A DNA stretch of 64,000 bases, from assembly GCA_903873715.1 (NCBI GenBank), contig CAIQPS010000074.1, positions 2,976 to 66,975 of the forward strand, in the 5' to 3' direction. This DNA comes from an uncultured Actinomycetes bacterium (lineage in GTDB: Bacteria; Actinomycetota; Thermoleophilia; RBG-16-64-13). Shown one piece after another: positions 18,733-28,105 of the stretch; the stretch's first letter is position 1; each line of letters opens with the position of its first letter. The position numbers and the translations under genes are program-made. The notes under the pieces are model-generated. The model was given only the letters and a program-made list of their open reading frames with translations, did no database searches and was not told the DNA's origin.

Positions 18733-19665
18733 TCAGGCCTTCTGCGAGACGGTCGAGCCGAGCAGGCCCGACGGCTTGAAGCACAAGAGGAGGATCAGCA
18801 CGATGAACGCGAACGCCGACTGGTAGCGGGAGCTCACGTATGCGGCCCCGAAGGACTCGATGATCCCCAGCAGGATCCCCCCTAGGAAGGCGCCGGGGAT
18901 GTTCCCGATGCCTCCGAGCACGGCGGCGATGAAGGCCTTCAGGCCTGGGGAGAAGCCCATCTGCGGAGCGGCGAAATGGTACACCGAGCCGTAGAGCGCG
19001 CCGCCAAGGGCGCCCATGGCCGAACCGATGAGGAAGGTGATGGCGATGACCCGGTTGACGTTCACGCCCATGAGGGCGGAGGTGCGTTTGTCCTGCGCGG
19101 AGGCCCGCATGGCGCGCCCCATCTTGGTCCGGCTCACATAGAGGTTGAGCGCGACCATCGCCACGATGGTGACGCCCACGACGAATACCTGGAGCCAGGT
19201 GATGATGGCCCCGCCGATCTGGAAGGACTTGGCCTGGCCTTCGGCGGTCGTGAACAGCGAGATAGTCGGGAACGACACCTGCTTCGACCCGAATATCGCC
19301 TGGGCGACGTTCTGCAGCAGGATGGACACCCCGATGGCCGAGATCAGTGCGGCTAATCGTGGTGCGTTGCGCAAGGGCCGGTAGGCCAGCCTCTCGATGA
19401 CGACCCCGAGGATCGCGACGATGGCCATGGCGATGGGGACGGCCAGGAAGAAGTTGAGGCCCGGCATCGACACTTCGTGGCCGAAGAGGGTGATCTTGCT
19501 CACCATCATCATGATGGAGATGTAGGCCCCGAACATGAAGAGCTCGCCGAAAGCGAAGTTGATCAACTCGATGATGCCGTAGACCATCGTGTAGCCGACG
19601 GCGATGAGGGCGTACAGGCACCCCAACATGAGGCCGTTGAAAAGGTATTGGATGAAGGCGGTCAT
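18733..19665 (-). CDS. livH: Branched-chain amino acid ABC transporter permease LivH
   Basis: Start at MTAFIQYLFNGLMLGCLYALIAVGYTMVYG (internal Met); the 36-aa upstream extension is Arg/Pro-rich. About 8 TM helices. Confidence 0.85.
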   Translation of the reverse strand: MTAFIQYLFNGLMLGCLYALIAVGYTMVYGIIELINFAFGELFMFGAYISIMMMVSKITLFGHEVSMPGLNFFLAVPIAMAIVAILGVVIERLAYRPLRNAPRLAALISAIGVSILLQNVAQAIFGSKQVSFPTISLFTTAEGQAKSFQIGGAIITWLQVFVVGVTIVAMVALNLYVSRTKMGRAMRASAQDKRTSALMGVNVNRVIAITFLIGSAMGALGGALYGSVYHFAAPQMGFSPGLKAFIAAVLGGIGNIPGAFLGGILLGIIESFGAAYVSSRYQSAFAFIVLILLLCFKPSGLLGSTVSQKA

Positions 19666-19834
19666 GGCGTTCCCGGGTGCATCTGGTCTTCTCTTCCTAC
19701 TGCTTGGCGTCCGGCTGCGCGGGTCCGAAGTCTGTCGAAGTGACCGAGTGGGCGGGGGATGGCCCCCGCCCACTCGGAACCTACTTTGAACGGTTCACTC
19801 TGCGGTGAATCTCGTCCTGATCACGATCTGGTGC

Positions 19835-21064
19835 TTACTGCACGCTCGGCTGCGTGGGAGCGGTGACGAGAGCGCCGTCTTTGACCATGACGATGCTGAG
19901 CGGCTTGATGACGTCGCCGTTGGCATCGAACTTGATCGCGCCCGAGATGCCCTTGTACTCGGCGAGTTTGGTGATCGCATCATTGATGGCGGTGCGATCG
20001 TTCTTGCCGGCGTTCTTGGCTGCCTGGGCGGCGAGCATGACCACGTCGTAGGAGTTCGCGGCGAACCAGTCGGGGTTGATGCCGAACTTGGCTTTGAAGG
20101 CCGTGACGAACTTCTGGACGGCGTCGTCGGCTTTGCTGTAGTCGAAGAAGGTGGAGACGAGCATGCCTTCCACCGCAGCGCCGCCGAGTTTGGCGAGCTC
20201 ATCGGAGGCGTAGCCGTCGGAGCCGAGGAACTGGGCGGTGATGCCGAGCTCTTTGGCCTGAGCGACGATCTTGGAGCCTTCGGGATAGTAGCCGGAGAGG
20301 AAGATCAGTTCCGGGTTGCCGGCTTTGATCTTGGTGAGCTGAGCTTTGAACTCGGAGTCACCGGCGGTGTACTGCTCTTTGCCGGCGACGGTGCCGCCGA
20401 CGGCTTTGATCTCGGCCTCGTAGGCGTCGGCCAGACCGCGGCCGTAGTCGGAGTCGTCATACATGATGGCGACGTTCTTGAGCTTGAGGTCGTTGACCGT
20501 GTAGTCCGCAAGGCCTTTACCCTGGACGGCGTCGGTCATGCAGATGCGCCAGATGAACTTGCCCAGAGCGGTGATGTCCGGGTTGGTGGCGGAGGGAGAG
20601 ATCATCGGGAGGCCGGCGACTTCGTACTTGGCCGCCGCCGCGATCGTGGCGCCGGAGAACTGGTGGCCGTCGACGAAGACGATGTCTTTGTCGTCGATGA
20701 ACTGCTGGGCCACGAGGACCGCCTGCTTGGCGTCGCCCAGGTCGTCGCCGATTGCGAACGAGGCCTGGCCGCCGTTGACGCCGCCCGCCGCGTTGAGTTC
20801 CGCGACGGCGATCTCGGCACCCTGCTTGTGGGAGGTACCGTAGTTGGCGTACTGGCCCGTCATGGGACCGGCGAGGCCGAATTTGAACGGAGCGCCGGCT
20901 GCGGCAGCGGCGGTGGAGCTGGTGGTCTCACCGGCGGCAGTGGTGCCGGTGGCGGCAGCCGTGGTGGTGGTATCACCACTGGCGTCGCCGCTGCAAGCCG
21001 CCAGAGCGGCGCCTGCGACCACGAGCACCGCGCAGAGCGCCAAGATCCAAATAGTGCGTTTCAA
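19835..21064 (-). CDS. Branched-chain amino acid ABC transporter substrate-binding lipoprotein (LivK/LivJ-like)
   Basis: Signal peptide with lipobox LAACSG, a Thr/Ala-rich linker, and a type I PBP fold. First gene of the five-gene liv operon. Confidence 0.85.
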   Translation of the reverse strand: MKRTIWILALCAVLVVAGAALAACSGDASGDTTTTAAATGTTAAGETTSSTAAAAAGAPFKFGLAGPMTGQYANYGTSHKQGAEIAVAELNAAGGVNGGQASFAIGDDLGDAKQAVLVAQQFIDDKDIVFVDGHQFSGATIAAAAKYEVAGLPMISPSATNPDITALGKFIWRICMTDAVQGKGLADYTVNDLKLKNVAIMYDDSDYGRGLADAYEAEIKAVGGTVAGKEQYTAGDSEFKAQLTKIKAGNPELIFLSGYYPEGSKIVAQAKELGITAQFLGSDGYASDELAKLGGAAVEGMLVSTFFDYSKADDAVQKFVTAFKAKFGINPDWFAANSYDVVMLAAQAAKNAGKNDRTAINDAITKLAEYKGISGAIKFDANGDVIKPLSIVMVKDGALVTAPTQPSVQ

Positions 21065-21474
21065 GAACCCCTCCTAGTAGTACAGATGACTCTCTGGTGA
21101 AGTCCCGTTCCCACCTGGTTATGAGTGAAAGAACCGGCTCCCCCGTTTTGTTCCGGCGACTTTACCTGGAAATCGGTCACATGTCGATACCCTTGTGAAT
21201 CATTCACACCGTTATTCACTGGCCCGGCGGCCGGTCTGGAGGGGCCGCCATGCGCGCCTTGCCGACCGTTGCCGAGGGCGCGGCTGGAGCCGGGCGGCAA
21301 AAGCCCTGCCTGAGCGGGGCTTTCTTGCCGACACGACGGCTGTTCGAGCGGGTGCGCGGCGCAGTTGCGTCTTACGGAAACCTTATCGGTCCTCGGCTAT
21401 ATTCCCGAAACTAGGCGAGTTCTCCGCCCGGGATGCGCGACGTGGCGCACCGACCGGGCAGAAGGGGAGGAAGA

Positions 21475-22321
21475 CGTGGACGAGAGAGCAGATCAGAACG
21501 TGCCGGCGGGACCCGAGGCGTCCGCGCCCGTGCCGGCTGAAGAGTCGGTGCAGGCCTCAGAGCCCGCGCAGGCCGCTGAGCCGGTGCAGGCCCTCCAGCC
21601 TGCCTATGCCCCGCAGGTCGAGGTGGCGCCGCCGAGGCGCGCGTGGCGGCGCAGCAAAGGGATGCGCTGGGGCTGCATCGCCGCGTCCCTTGTGGTGGTG
21701 GCAGCCGCGTTCTTCACGATTGGGTGGTTCGCCTCCGATGCCGGTGACCACGAGCGCGGCAGGATGATGGGCGACAATGGACGCATGATGGACCAGCGCG
21801 GATGGCGGCAGCAGCAGGACGGCGACCAGCAGTATGGCTACATGCAGCAGCAGGGCCCCGGCCGGCAGTGGCGCCAGCAGCAGGACCAGAGCCAGGGCCA
21901 GGGCCAGGATCAGACGGTCCCGACCGCGCCCTCGCAGACCCTCCCCACCACGCCGTCCCAGACGGTGCCGGCGACTCCGTCGCAGCCGTCCACCCAGTCC
22001 AGCACGGGTTACCTCGGCGTGGAGATCGTGACCGTCACCCCGGCTCTGCAGTCACAGTACAAGCTCTCGCGCTCCAGCGGTGTCCTGGTCGCGGCGCTCG
22101 ATACGAGCGGTCCGGCCGCTGCCGCAGGTATCAAGGAGGGTGACATCATCACCACCGTCGACGGGACGGCTGTGACAGACCGCCAACAGGTGGCCGACAT
22201 CGTGCAGAGCAAGACTGCCGGGCAGACCGTGTCCGTCGTCGTCGACCGGAACGGCCAGACCGTGACGGTCCAGGTGACGCTCGGGAGCAGGAGCGCCATC
22301 ACCGGCGGCATCGAAGGGTAG
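21475..22321 (+). CDS. PDZ domain-containing membrane-anchored protein with Gln-rich low-complexity and TxPSQT repeats
   Basis: GTG start after AAGGGGAGGA. One TM helix (ASLVVVAAAFFTIGWF), a Q-rich region (QQQDGDQQYGYMQQQGPGRQWRQQQDQSQGQGQDQ), TVPTAPSQTLPTTPSQTVPATPSQ repeats, and a C-terminal PDZ domain (GVLVAALDTSGPAAAAGIKEGDIITTVDGTAV). Confidence 0.65.
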
Positions 22322-22383
22322 ACCCGAAGACCGGCGCGGGCGAACCGCGGCCGCGGTCTGCAAGCATCTGACGCAAAAGAAAA

Positions 22384-22410
22384 GCCCCGCCTCGGCGGGG
22401 CTTTTCTTGC
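22384..22410. terminator. Rho-independent terminator (bidirectional)
   Basis: aaaGCCCCGCC-tcg-GCGGGGCtttTCTT, with A/T runs on both sides. Terminates the PDZ gene (+) and the tRNA pair (-). Confidence 0.6.
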
Positions 22411-22413
22411 TAG

Positions 22414-22487
22414 TACGCCTGACTGGATTCGAACCAGTGACCTTTGGTTTCGTAGACCAACGCTCTATCCAACTGAGCTACAGGCGC
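22414..22487 (-). tRNA. tRNA-Arg (anticodon ACG)
   Basis: Minus-strand sequence GCGCCTGTAGCTCAGTTGGATAGAGCGTTGGTCTACGAAACCAAAGGTCACTGGTTCGAATCCAGTCAGGCGTA folds as a cloverleaf with anticodon loop CTACGAA. CCA is not encoded. Confidence 0.85.
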
Positions 22488-22491
22488 ACGC

Positions 22492-22585
22492 TGGCGGAGA
22501 AGGAGGGATTCGAACCCTCGATAGGAGCATTCACTCCTACACTCGCTTAGCAGGCGAGCGCCTTCAGCCTCTCGGCCACTTCTCC
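22492..22585 (-). tRNA. tRNA-Ser (anticodon GCT), type II with long variable arm
   Basis: GGAGAAGTGGCCGAGAGGCTGAAGGCGCTCGCCTGCTAAGCGAGTGTAGGAGTGAATGCTCCTATCGAGGGTTCGAATCCCTCCTTCTCCGCCA. Anticodon loop CTGCTAA; CCA is encoded. Confidence 0.85.
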
Positions 22586-22758
22586 ATTCTGGCGGGGAGG
22601 CCCGGTCAGCGACCCGCTCGCCGCCTCAGCGAGCGATTATTCTAGCAGAGCGGTAGCGCGGCGTCAGCGTCAATCCCGCGCCGCTATACTTCTACCCACG
22701 AAAGCCACAGAACGGCGGGACCGTCCGCCGTGCAGCAGTCACCCGGAGGACCTGGCCC

Positions 22759-23925
22759 ATGAGCAGCGTTGCCCGCCCGACCACCCAGCCGCAGAACCCG
22801 TGCTTCTCCTCCGGCCCGTGCGCCAAGCGGCCCGGATGGGAGCCGTCCGCGCTGGCGGGGGCCCTGGTGGGCAGGTCGCACCGGTCCAAGGCCGGCCGGG
22901 CTCGCATCCAGGAGGTCCTCGACCGCTCCCGCAAGATCCTCGGCGTGCCGGACGACTACCGCATCGGCATAGTGCCGGCGTCGGACACGGGTGCCATGGA
23001 GATGGTGATGTGGACCATGCTCGGTGCCCGCGGCGTGGACGCGCTCTCCTGGGAGTCGTTCGGGCAGGGCTGGGTCACCGACATCACCAAGCAGCTCAAG
23101 CTCTCCGACGTGCGGGTCCTCTCCGCCGATTACGGCAATATCGCCGACCTCGCCGCCGTCGACTGGACCCGTGACGCGGTGTTCACCTGGAACGGGACCA
23201 CCTCGGGTGTCCGCGTGCCCGGCGCATCCTGGATCGCCGACGACCGGGAAGGTCTGGCCATCTGCGACGCCACCTCGGCGGTCTTCGCCATGGACGTCCC
23301 CATCGCAAAGCTCGACGTGGTCACGTACTCCTGGCAGAAGGTGCTGGGCGGCGAGGCGCAGCACGGGATGCTCATCCTCAGCCCCCGGGCCATCGAGCGC
23401 CTCGAGACCTACAAACCGGCGTGGCCGCTGCCCAAGATCTTCCGCATGACCAAAGGCGGCGAGTTCATGGAGGCCATCTTCAAGGCGGACACCATCAACA
23501 CCCCGTCGATGCTGTGCGTGGAGGATGCGCTCGATGGTTTGAAGTGGGCCGAGTCCATCGGTGGGCTGCCGGGACTGATCCGCCGGAGTGAGGACAACCT
23601 GGTCGCGGTAGCCGAATGGGTGGCCCGCACCGACTGGGTGGACTTCCTGGCCGAGGACCCGCAGACCCGGTCGTGCACGTCCATCTGCCTCAAGATCGTC
23701 GACCCCTGGTTCACCGGCCTCGACCCCGAGGCGCGGGCCAAGGCGGCCAAAGGCGTATCCGGGATGCTGGAGGCCGAAGAGGTGGCCTTCGACATCGCCC
23801 CCTACCGCGATGCCCCTCCTGGGCTGCGCCTGTGGGGTGGAGCCACCGTCGAGCGCAGCGACCTGGAAGCCCTGTTCCCCTGGCTCGATTGGGCCTGGGC
23901 GGAGGTCAAAGCGGCGGCGAGGTAG
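22759..23925 (+). CDS. serC: Phosphoserine aminotransferase (actinobacterial/mycobacterial-type SerC)
   Basis: 388 aa with a class V aminotransferase fold. N-terminal [13 protein letters not shown] resembles the Mycobacterium SerC region RFGSGPSKV; PLP-lysine region YSWQKVLGG. Confidence 0.85.
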   Translation: MSSVARPTTQPQNPCFSSGPCAKRPGWEPSALAGALVGRSHRSKAGRARIQEVLDRSRKILGVPDDYRIGIVPASDTGAMEMVMWTMLGARGVDALSWESFGQGWVTDITKQLKLSDVRVLSADYGNIADLAAVDWTRDAVFTWNGTTSGVRVPGASWIADDREGLAICDATSAVFAMDVPIAKLDVVTYSWQKVLGGEAQHGMLILSPRAIERLETYKPAWPLPKIFRMTKGGEFMEAIFKADTINTPSMLCVEDALDGLKWAESIGGLPGLIRRSEDNLVAVAEWVARTDWVDFLAEDPQTRSCTSICLKIVDPWFTGLDPEARAKAAKGVSGMLEAEEVAFDIAPYRDAPPGLRLWGGATVERSDLEALFPWLDWAWAEVKAAAR

Positions 23926-23973
23926 CGCGGCGCGCGGCCGCTCCGCGGCCCCGGCGCCTGTCCCTGGAACGAG

Positions 23974-24010
23974 ACGGGGCGGCTGACCCAAATTGGGTCA
24001 GCCGCCCCGT
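23974..24010. terminator. Bidirectional rho-independent terminator between convergent serC and tatA
   Basis: ACGGGGCGGCTGACCC-aaatt-GGGTCAGCCGCCCCGT, a perfect 16-bp inverted repeat. Confidence 0.6.
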
Positions 24011-24038
24011 TCAAGTCTTGCTCTGAGGGCCGCGTCTC

Positions 24039-24338
24039 CTAGCTCTGCTCCGCGGTCACCGGCTCCTTGGCGGTGGGCGCCGCGGTCGTGGCGACGACCG
24101 GTTCTCTCGCGACGGTAGCGGTCGCGGCGGCCGGGCGGGCCTCCGCGCTGGTGACGACTTCAGCATCGTCCTTCAAGGCGGTCTTGAACTCGTCCTGCGA
24201 CTCCTTCAAGCCTTTCTTGAACCCGCTTATCGATTTGCCCAGCGAGGAACCCAGGTCGGGCAGCTTCTTGGGGCCGAAGATGAGCAGGGCGATGACCACG
24301 ACGATGGCGATCTCCCAGGGGCCGATCCAACTAGGCAT
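24039..24338 (-). CDS. tatA: Twin-arginine translocase subunit TatA/E
   Basis: MPSWIGPWEIAIVVVIALLIFGPKKLPDLGSSLGKSISGFKKGLKE, the canonical TatA TM plus amphipathic helix. The ORF-track entry includes a spurious 79-aa N-terminal extension. Confidence 0.85.
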   Translation of the reverse strand: MPSWIGPWEIAIVVVIALLIFGPKKLPDLGSSLGKSISGFKKGLKESQDEFKTALKDDAEVVTSAEARPAAATATVAREPVVATTAAPTAKEPVTAEQS

Positions 24339-24486
24339 ACAGGTACTCTCCTCGACTCTCGTTATCCGAAGCCAGCGAATTCTCTCACAACGTTTCCGGT
24401 GGATTCTTACAGCAACCTGAACAAAGTCGGGCACGTCGGCGGCACCGATCCGCCGGGCTGTGCGCCGGGAGCGCCGGCAGGTGCGG

Positions 24487-26655
24487 CTAGAACAGCCCCT
24501 TGAGCCGCCGCCGGATGTCCTCCGTGGTGATGTCGCCCTCGCCGGGAAGTGCCGTACCGCCGTCGTTGAGGCCACCGGGCGCCGTGGTGGTGGATGCCTG
24601 GACCTCGTCGAACAGCCGCCGGGTCTCCTGAGGGAGGAAGCGGGTGAGCTGGGCGTAGCCGTGGATGTCGCTGAAGCTGCGCGGGTAGGTGTAGTAGCGC
24701 AAGGGATAGCAGACGTAGAGCCAGTCCTTCGCCCGGGTGAGGGCCACGTAGAAGAGGCGCCGCTCCTCCTCGATCTCCTCCAACCGCCCCGTGGCCATGT
24801 CCGAAGGGATGTTGCCGTCGGCGGCGTGCATCACGAAGACCGAATCCCACTCGAGGCCCTTGGCCGAGTGCATCGTCGAGAGGATGAGGAAGTCCTCGTC
24901 CAGCAGCGGCGGACCGGCCAGGTCCTCGGTGTAGCTGGGTGGGTCGAGAGCGATCTCCGCGAGGAAGCGGGCCCGGTCGGGCGAGCGGGCGGCCAGGCCC
25001 TCGAGTTGCTCGAGGTCGAGGATGCGCGCGCGGGCGTTGTCGTAGAGGCGCTCGAGGAGGGGAGTGTAGAAGAGCCTGATCCGCTTGATCTGAGAGGCGA
25101 GATCACCGGGCTCCCGGCCGCCGATGGCGGTCATGAGCCCCACCAGGCCCTGCCAGGCCGCCGCGGATGCGGGAGATGGAGCGGGGCGGCCCACCCAAGC
25201 CGCGAAGCCGGGGCCCGGGTCGCGGACCGCAGGAGGCTCTTCGCCGGCCGGCGGCCCGTCGTCGCCGGCATCGGCTGCGGCCGCAGGCGCAGCGGCGCCG
25301 GCGGCCAGGCCGTCCATGAGGGCACGGGCCTTCTTGGGGCCGACACCGGGCAGCAACATCAGCACCCTGGTGCCGGCCATGAGGTCGCGCGGGTTCTCCG
25401 CCAGGCGCAGGAAGGAGAGCAGGTCCTTGACGTGTGCGGTCTCCACGAAACGTAGCCCGCCGTACTTGTGGAACGGGATGTTGCGCCGCGACAACTCCAA
25501 CTCCAGCGCCAGGCTGTGGTGCGACGCCCTGAACAGCACCGCCTGCCGCTTGAGCGGGATGCCCGCCTCCCGGTGGTCGAGCACCTTCTGGATGATGTAG
25601 TCGCTCTGCTCGTCCTCGTCCTGGCAGCAGACCAACTGGGGCCTGCCGCCGTCCACGCGCTTGGACCACAGGTTCTTCTCGTGGCGCTCGGAGGCCGCCG
25701 AGATGACATCGTTGGTGGCGTCGAGGATGGGCTGGGTGCTGCGGTAGTTCTGGTCGAGGGTGACCATGACGGCGTTCGGGAACAGCCGGGGGAAGTCCAG
25801 GATGTTCCGCACCGTGGCCGCCCGGAACGAGTAGATGGCCTGCGCGTCGTCGCCGACCACGGTGAGTTCCCTGCCGCCCGGGCAGAGCATCTGCAGGATC
25901 TCGGCCTGGAGCACGTTGGTGTCCTGATACTCGTCCACCAGCACGCAGTCGAACCGGCTGCGGATGGAGCGGGCGGCGCGGGCGTCCGTGAGCAGTCCGT
26001 GCCAGAACAGCAGCAGGTCGTCGTAGTCCAGTACGCTCTGCTCGCCCTTGCGGTCGACGTAGGCTCCGAAGAGGCGCCGCAGGTCCTCCACCTCGTCCTT
26101 GCACCAGGGGAAGTGCACCTCCACAGCCTCTTCCACCGTCTCCCGGGCGTTGACGCACCTGCTGTAGATGTCCATGCACGTGCCCTTGAGCGGGAACCGG
26201 CGGTCGTTCTTGGCCAGGCCGAGGTCGGTGCGGAGCACCCCCATGAGATCCTCGGCGTCACCCCGGTCGAGGATGGTGAAGCCCGGGTCGAGCCCGATGC
26301 TGCGGCCGTGCAGACGGAGCAGGCGGGTGGCCGTGGCGTGGAAGGTGCCGCCCCAGACCTTGCCCGCCGACGGCGCGGCGACGTTCTGAGCCCTGCTCTC
26401 CGCTTCGAGCCGGCGCAGGATGCCCTCCACCCTGCGGAGCATCTCGGCGGCTGCCCGGCGGGTGAACGTAAGGAGCAGGATACGGCTGGGATCGGTGCCG
26501 TTGGCGATCCGGTAGGCCACCCGATGGGCGAGGGTCGCGGTCTTGCCGGTGCCTGCCCCGGCGATGATGAGCAGCGGCTCGGGGCCGTGTTCGACCGTCA
26601 GCCGTTGCTGCTCGTTCAACTCGCTGAGGATGTTCTGCATGGCGGACGCTGACAT
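24487..26655 (-). CDS. ATP-dependent DNA helicase, UvrD/PcrA/Rep family
   Basis: 722 aa with Walker A GAGTGKT, motif II VLVDEYQDTN, and helicase motifs throughout. Confidence 0.85.
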   Translation of the reverse strand: MSASAMQNILSELNEQQRLTVEHGPEPLLIIAGAGTGKTATLAHRVAYRIANGTDPSRILLLTFTRRAAAEMLRRVEGILRRLEAESRAQNVAAPSAGKVWGGTFHATATRLLRLHGRSIGLDPGFTILDRGDAEDLMGVLRTDLGLAKNDRRFPLKGTCMDIYSRCVNARETVEEAVEVHFPWCKDEVEDLRRLFGAYVDRKGEQSVLDYDDLLLFWHGLLTDARAARSIRSRFDCVLVDEYQDTNVLQAEILQMLCPGGRELTVVGDDAQAIYSFRAATVRNILDFPRLFPNAVMVTLDQNYRSTQPILDATNDVISAASERHEKNLWSKRVDGGRPQLVCCQDEDEQSDYIIQKVLDHREAGIPLKRQAVLFRASHHSLALELELSRRNIPFHKYGGLRFVETAHVKDLLSFLRLAENPRDLMAGTRVLMLLPGVGPKKARALMDGLAAGAAAPAAAADAGDDGPPAGEEPPAVRDPGPGFAAWVGRPAPSPASAAAWQGLVGLMTAIGGREPGDLASQIKRIRLFYTPLLERLYDNARARILDLEQLEGLAARSPDRARFLAEIALDPPSYTEDLAGPPLLDEDFLILSTMHSAKGLEWDSVFVMHAADGNIPSDMATGRLEEIEEERRLFYVALTRAKDWLYVCYPLRYYTYPRSFSDIHGYAQLTRFLPQETRRLFDEVQASTTTAPGGLNDGGTALPGEGDITTEDIRRRLKGLF

Positions 26656-26765
26656 CGCCGCCTAAGGATACAGCCGGGGGCGGACAGGCCGGAGCGCGAA
26701 GCGCCGGGGGCCGCCGCGCCGATGATCTCGGCTGGAGCCGGCGGACCTCAGCCGCGCCGGTGGGC

Positions 26766-28037
26766 TCAGTCGAGCCGCGCCTCCCCGGGCGCGGCCATGT
26801 AACTGGGAGCGGGGGCCGGCTTCCTTACCGGTACGGCCCAGCGGAGCAGGCTCAACACGATCGCTCCGAGGAGCGCCACTCCGGCGGCCATCAGGTAACT
26901 GGTCCTGAAGGTGGGCATGATGTCGGCGAGCTTGCCGGCCACGTATGGCCCGGCGGCCTGCCCGAAACCGTGGAAGGCCGTGAGGAAGCCGTATACCGCC
27001 GCCGCCATCTGCGGTCCCACCAGGTCCGCCGACACCACTGCCATGATCGCCGGGATGCCCCAGGCGGTCAGCCCGAACATCACGGCCGATATCAGGACCG
27101 CGGTCGTACCCGTCCACAACGCGAAGATGGCGTACGCCACCGCCTGCACCGCGAGGATGGTCACCATCGCCTGCTTGCGCCCGATCCAATCGGCGACGAA
27201 CCCCCAGATGAACCCGCACGCCAGGCTGGCCAACCCGAGGATCATGAACATCCGGCCGGCGCTCTCCGCCGTGTAGCCGGCGTCGGTCTTGAGCCGCTGG
27301 ACGAAGAACGTCATGTACGCCATGTAGGCGAACCCGAACATGAAGTAGACGGCGCCCAGGTGCCACACCTTGCCGGACAGGTAGATCCGCCTCCAGTCGC
27401 CGCGCTGCCGGACAGGCGCCGGGCCGTGGTCTTCGGGGCGATATCCGGGCTTGTCCCGCATGACGGCATAGCTGATGACCGCGACCACGGCGACGACCGC
27501 CGCGAGGATGAACCAGGCCAGCCGCCAGCCGCTCTCGCCGTACGTCCGGATGATGAAGGGCACCAGCGGTCCCACCGCCACCAGCCCGATAGACGCTCCG
27601 GTCGCCGTGGTCCCGGTGGCGATTCCTCTCCGGCGCTGTGAGAACCACAGGCCGATCATGCCGTGGGCCGGGACGTTGGATGCGGCCGCGCCGATGCCCG
27701 ACACGAACCGCCCGCCGAAGGCCATCCCGTAATCGGTCGCGAAGCCGGTGACGACCATCCCCAGACAGGCGAGGAGCAGTCCCACCGTGATGATGCGCCG
27801 GGGCCCGAACCGCGACGCCAGCGCCCCGCCGACGATCCCCATGGCCATGTACCCGGCCAGGTTGGCCGTCGCGAGCCCGCCCGCCTGAGTGTTGCTCAGG
27901 TCGAGGGCGTCCTTCATCGAGGGGAGTATGGACGTGTAGCTGAAGCGGGAGAGCCCGAGCGCTGCAAAGACTATGAGCACCGAGACGCTGAGGATCGGCC
28001 AGCGATACCTGGGTCCAGGACCTGCGTTGGTGTCCAT
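26766..28037 (-). CDS. MFS transporter
   Basis: C-terminal 423 aa of a long ORF. Start at MDTNAGPGPRYRWPILSVSV..., 12 TM helices, MFS motif GxxxDRxGRR-like (SRFGPRRI). Confidence 0.8.
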   Translation of the reverse strand: MDTNAGPGPRYRWPILSVSVLIVFAALGLSRFSYTSILPSMKDALDLSNTQAGGLATANLAGYMAMGIVGGALASRFGPRRIITVGLLLACLGMVVTGFATDYGMAFGGRFVSGIGAAASNVPAHGMIGLWFSQRRRGIATGTTATGASIGLVAVGPLVPFIIRTYGESGWRLAWFILAAVVAVVAVISYAVMRDKPGYRPEDHGPAPVRQRGDWRRIYLSGKVWHLGAVYFMFGFAYMAYMTFFVQRLKTDAGYTAESAGRMFMILGLASLACGFIWGFVADWIGRKQAMVTILAVQAVAYAIFALWTGTTAVLISAVMFGLTAWGIPAIMAVVSADLVGPQMAAAVYGFLTAFHGFGQAAGPYVAGKLADIMPTFRTSYLMAAGVALLGAIVLSLLRWAVPVRKPAPAPSYMAAPGEARLD

Positions 28038-28105
28038 CGTGCCCCCGTTCGTGCGGCGCCCGGCGGCGCCCTTCTCCAGACGAGGGCGCGGTCGGGTCAA
28101 GCATA

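Noticed and set aside
21195-22363. ORFs 21195-21767, 21802-22143 (plus) and 22009-22363 (minus) in the PDZ gene region
   Set aside because: Alternative frames. The PDZ-containing frame, with an RBS-preceded GTG start, is the coherent one.
22586-22700. Possible third tRNA or structured RNA after tRNA-Ser(GCT)
   Set aside because: No T-loop (TTCGAAT) or cloverleaf could be built. Only a short 6-bp hairpin (CGCTCG...CGAGCG) and promoter-like TATACT ahead of serC.
22684-23991. 435-aa minus-strand ORF
   Set aside because: Antisense to serC, with no domain signal.
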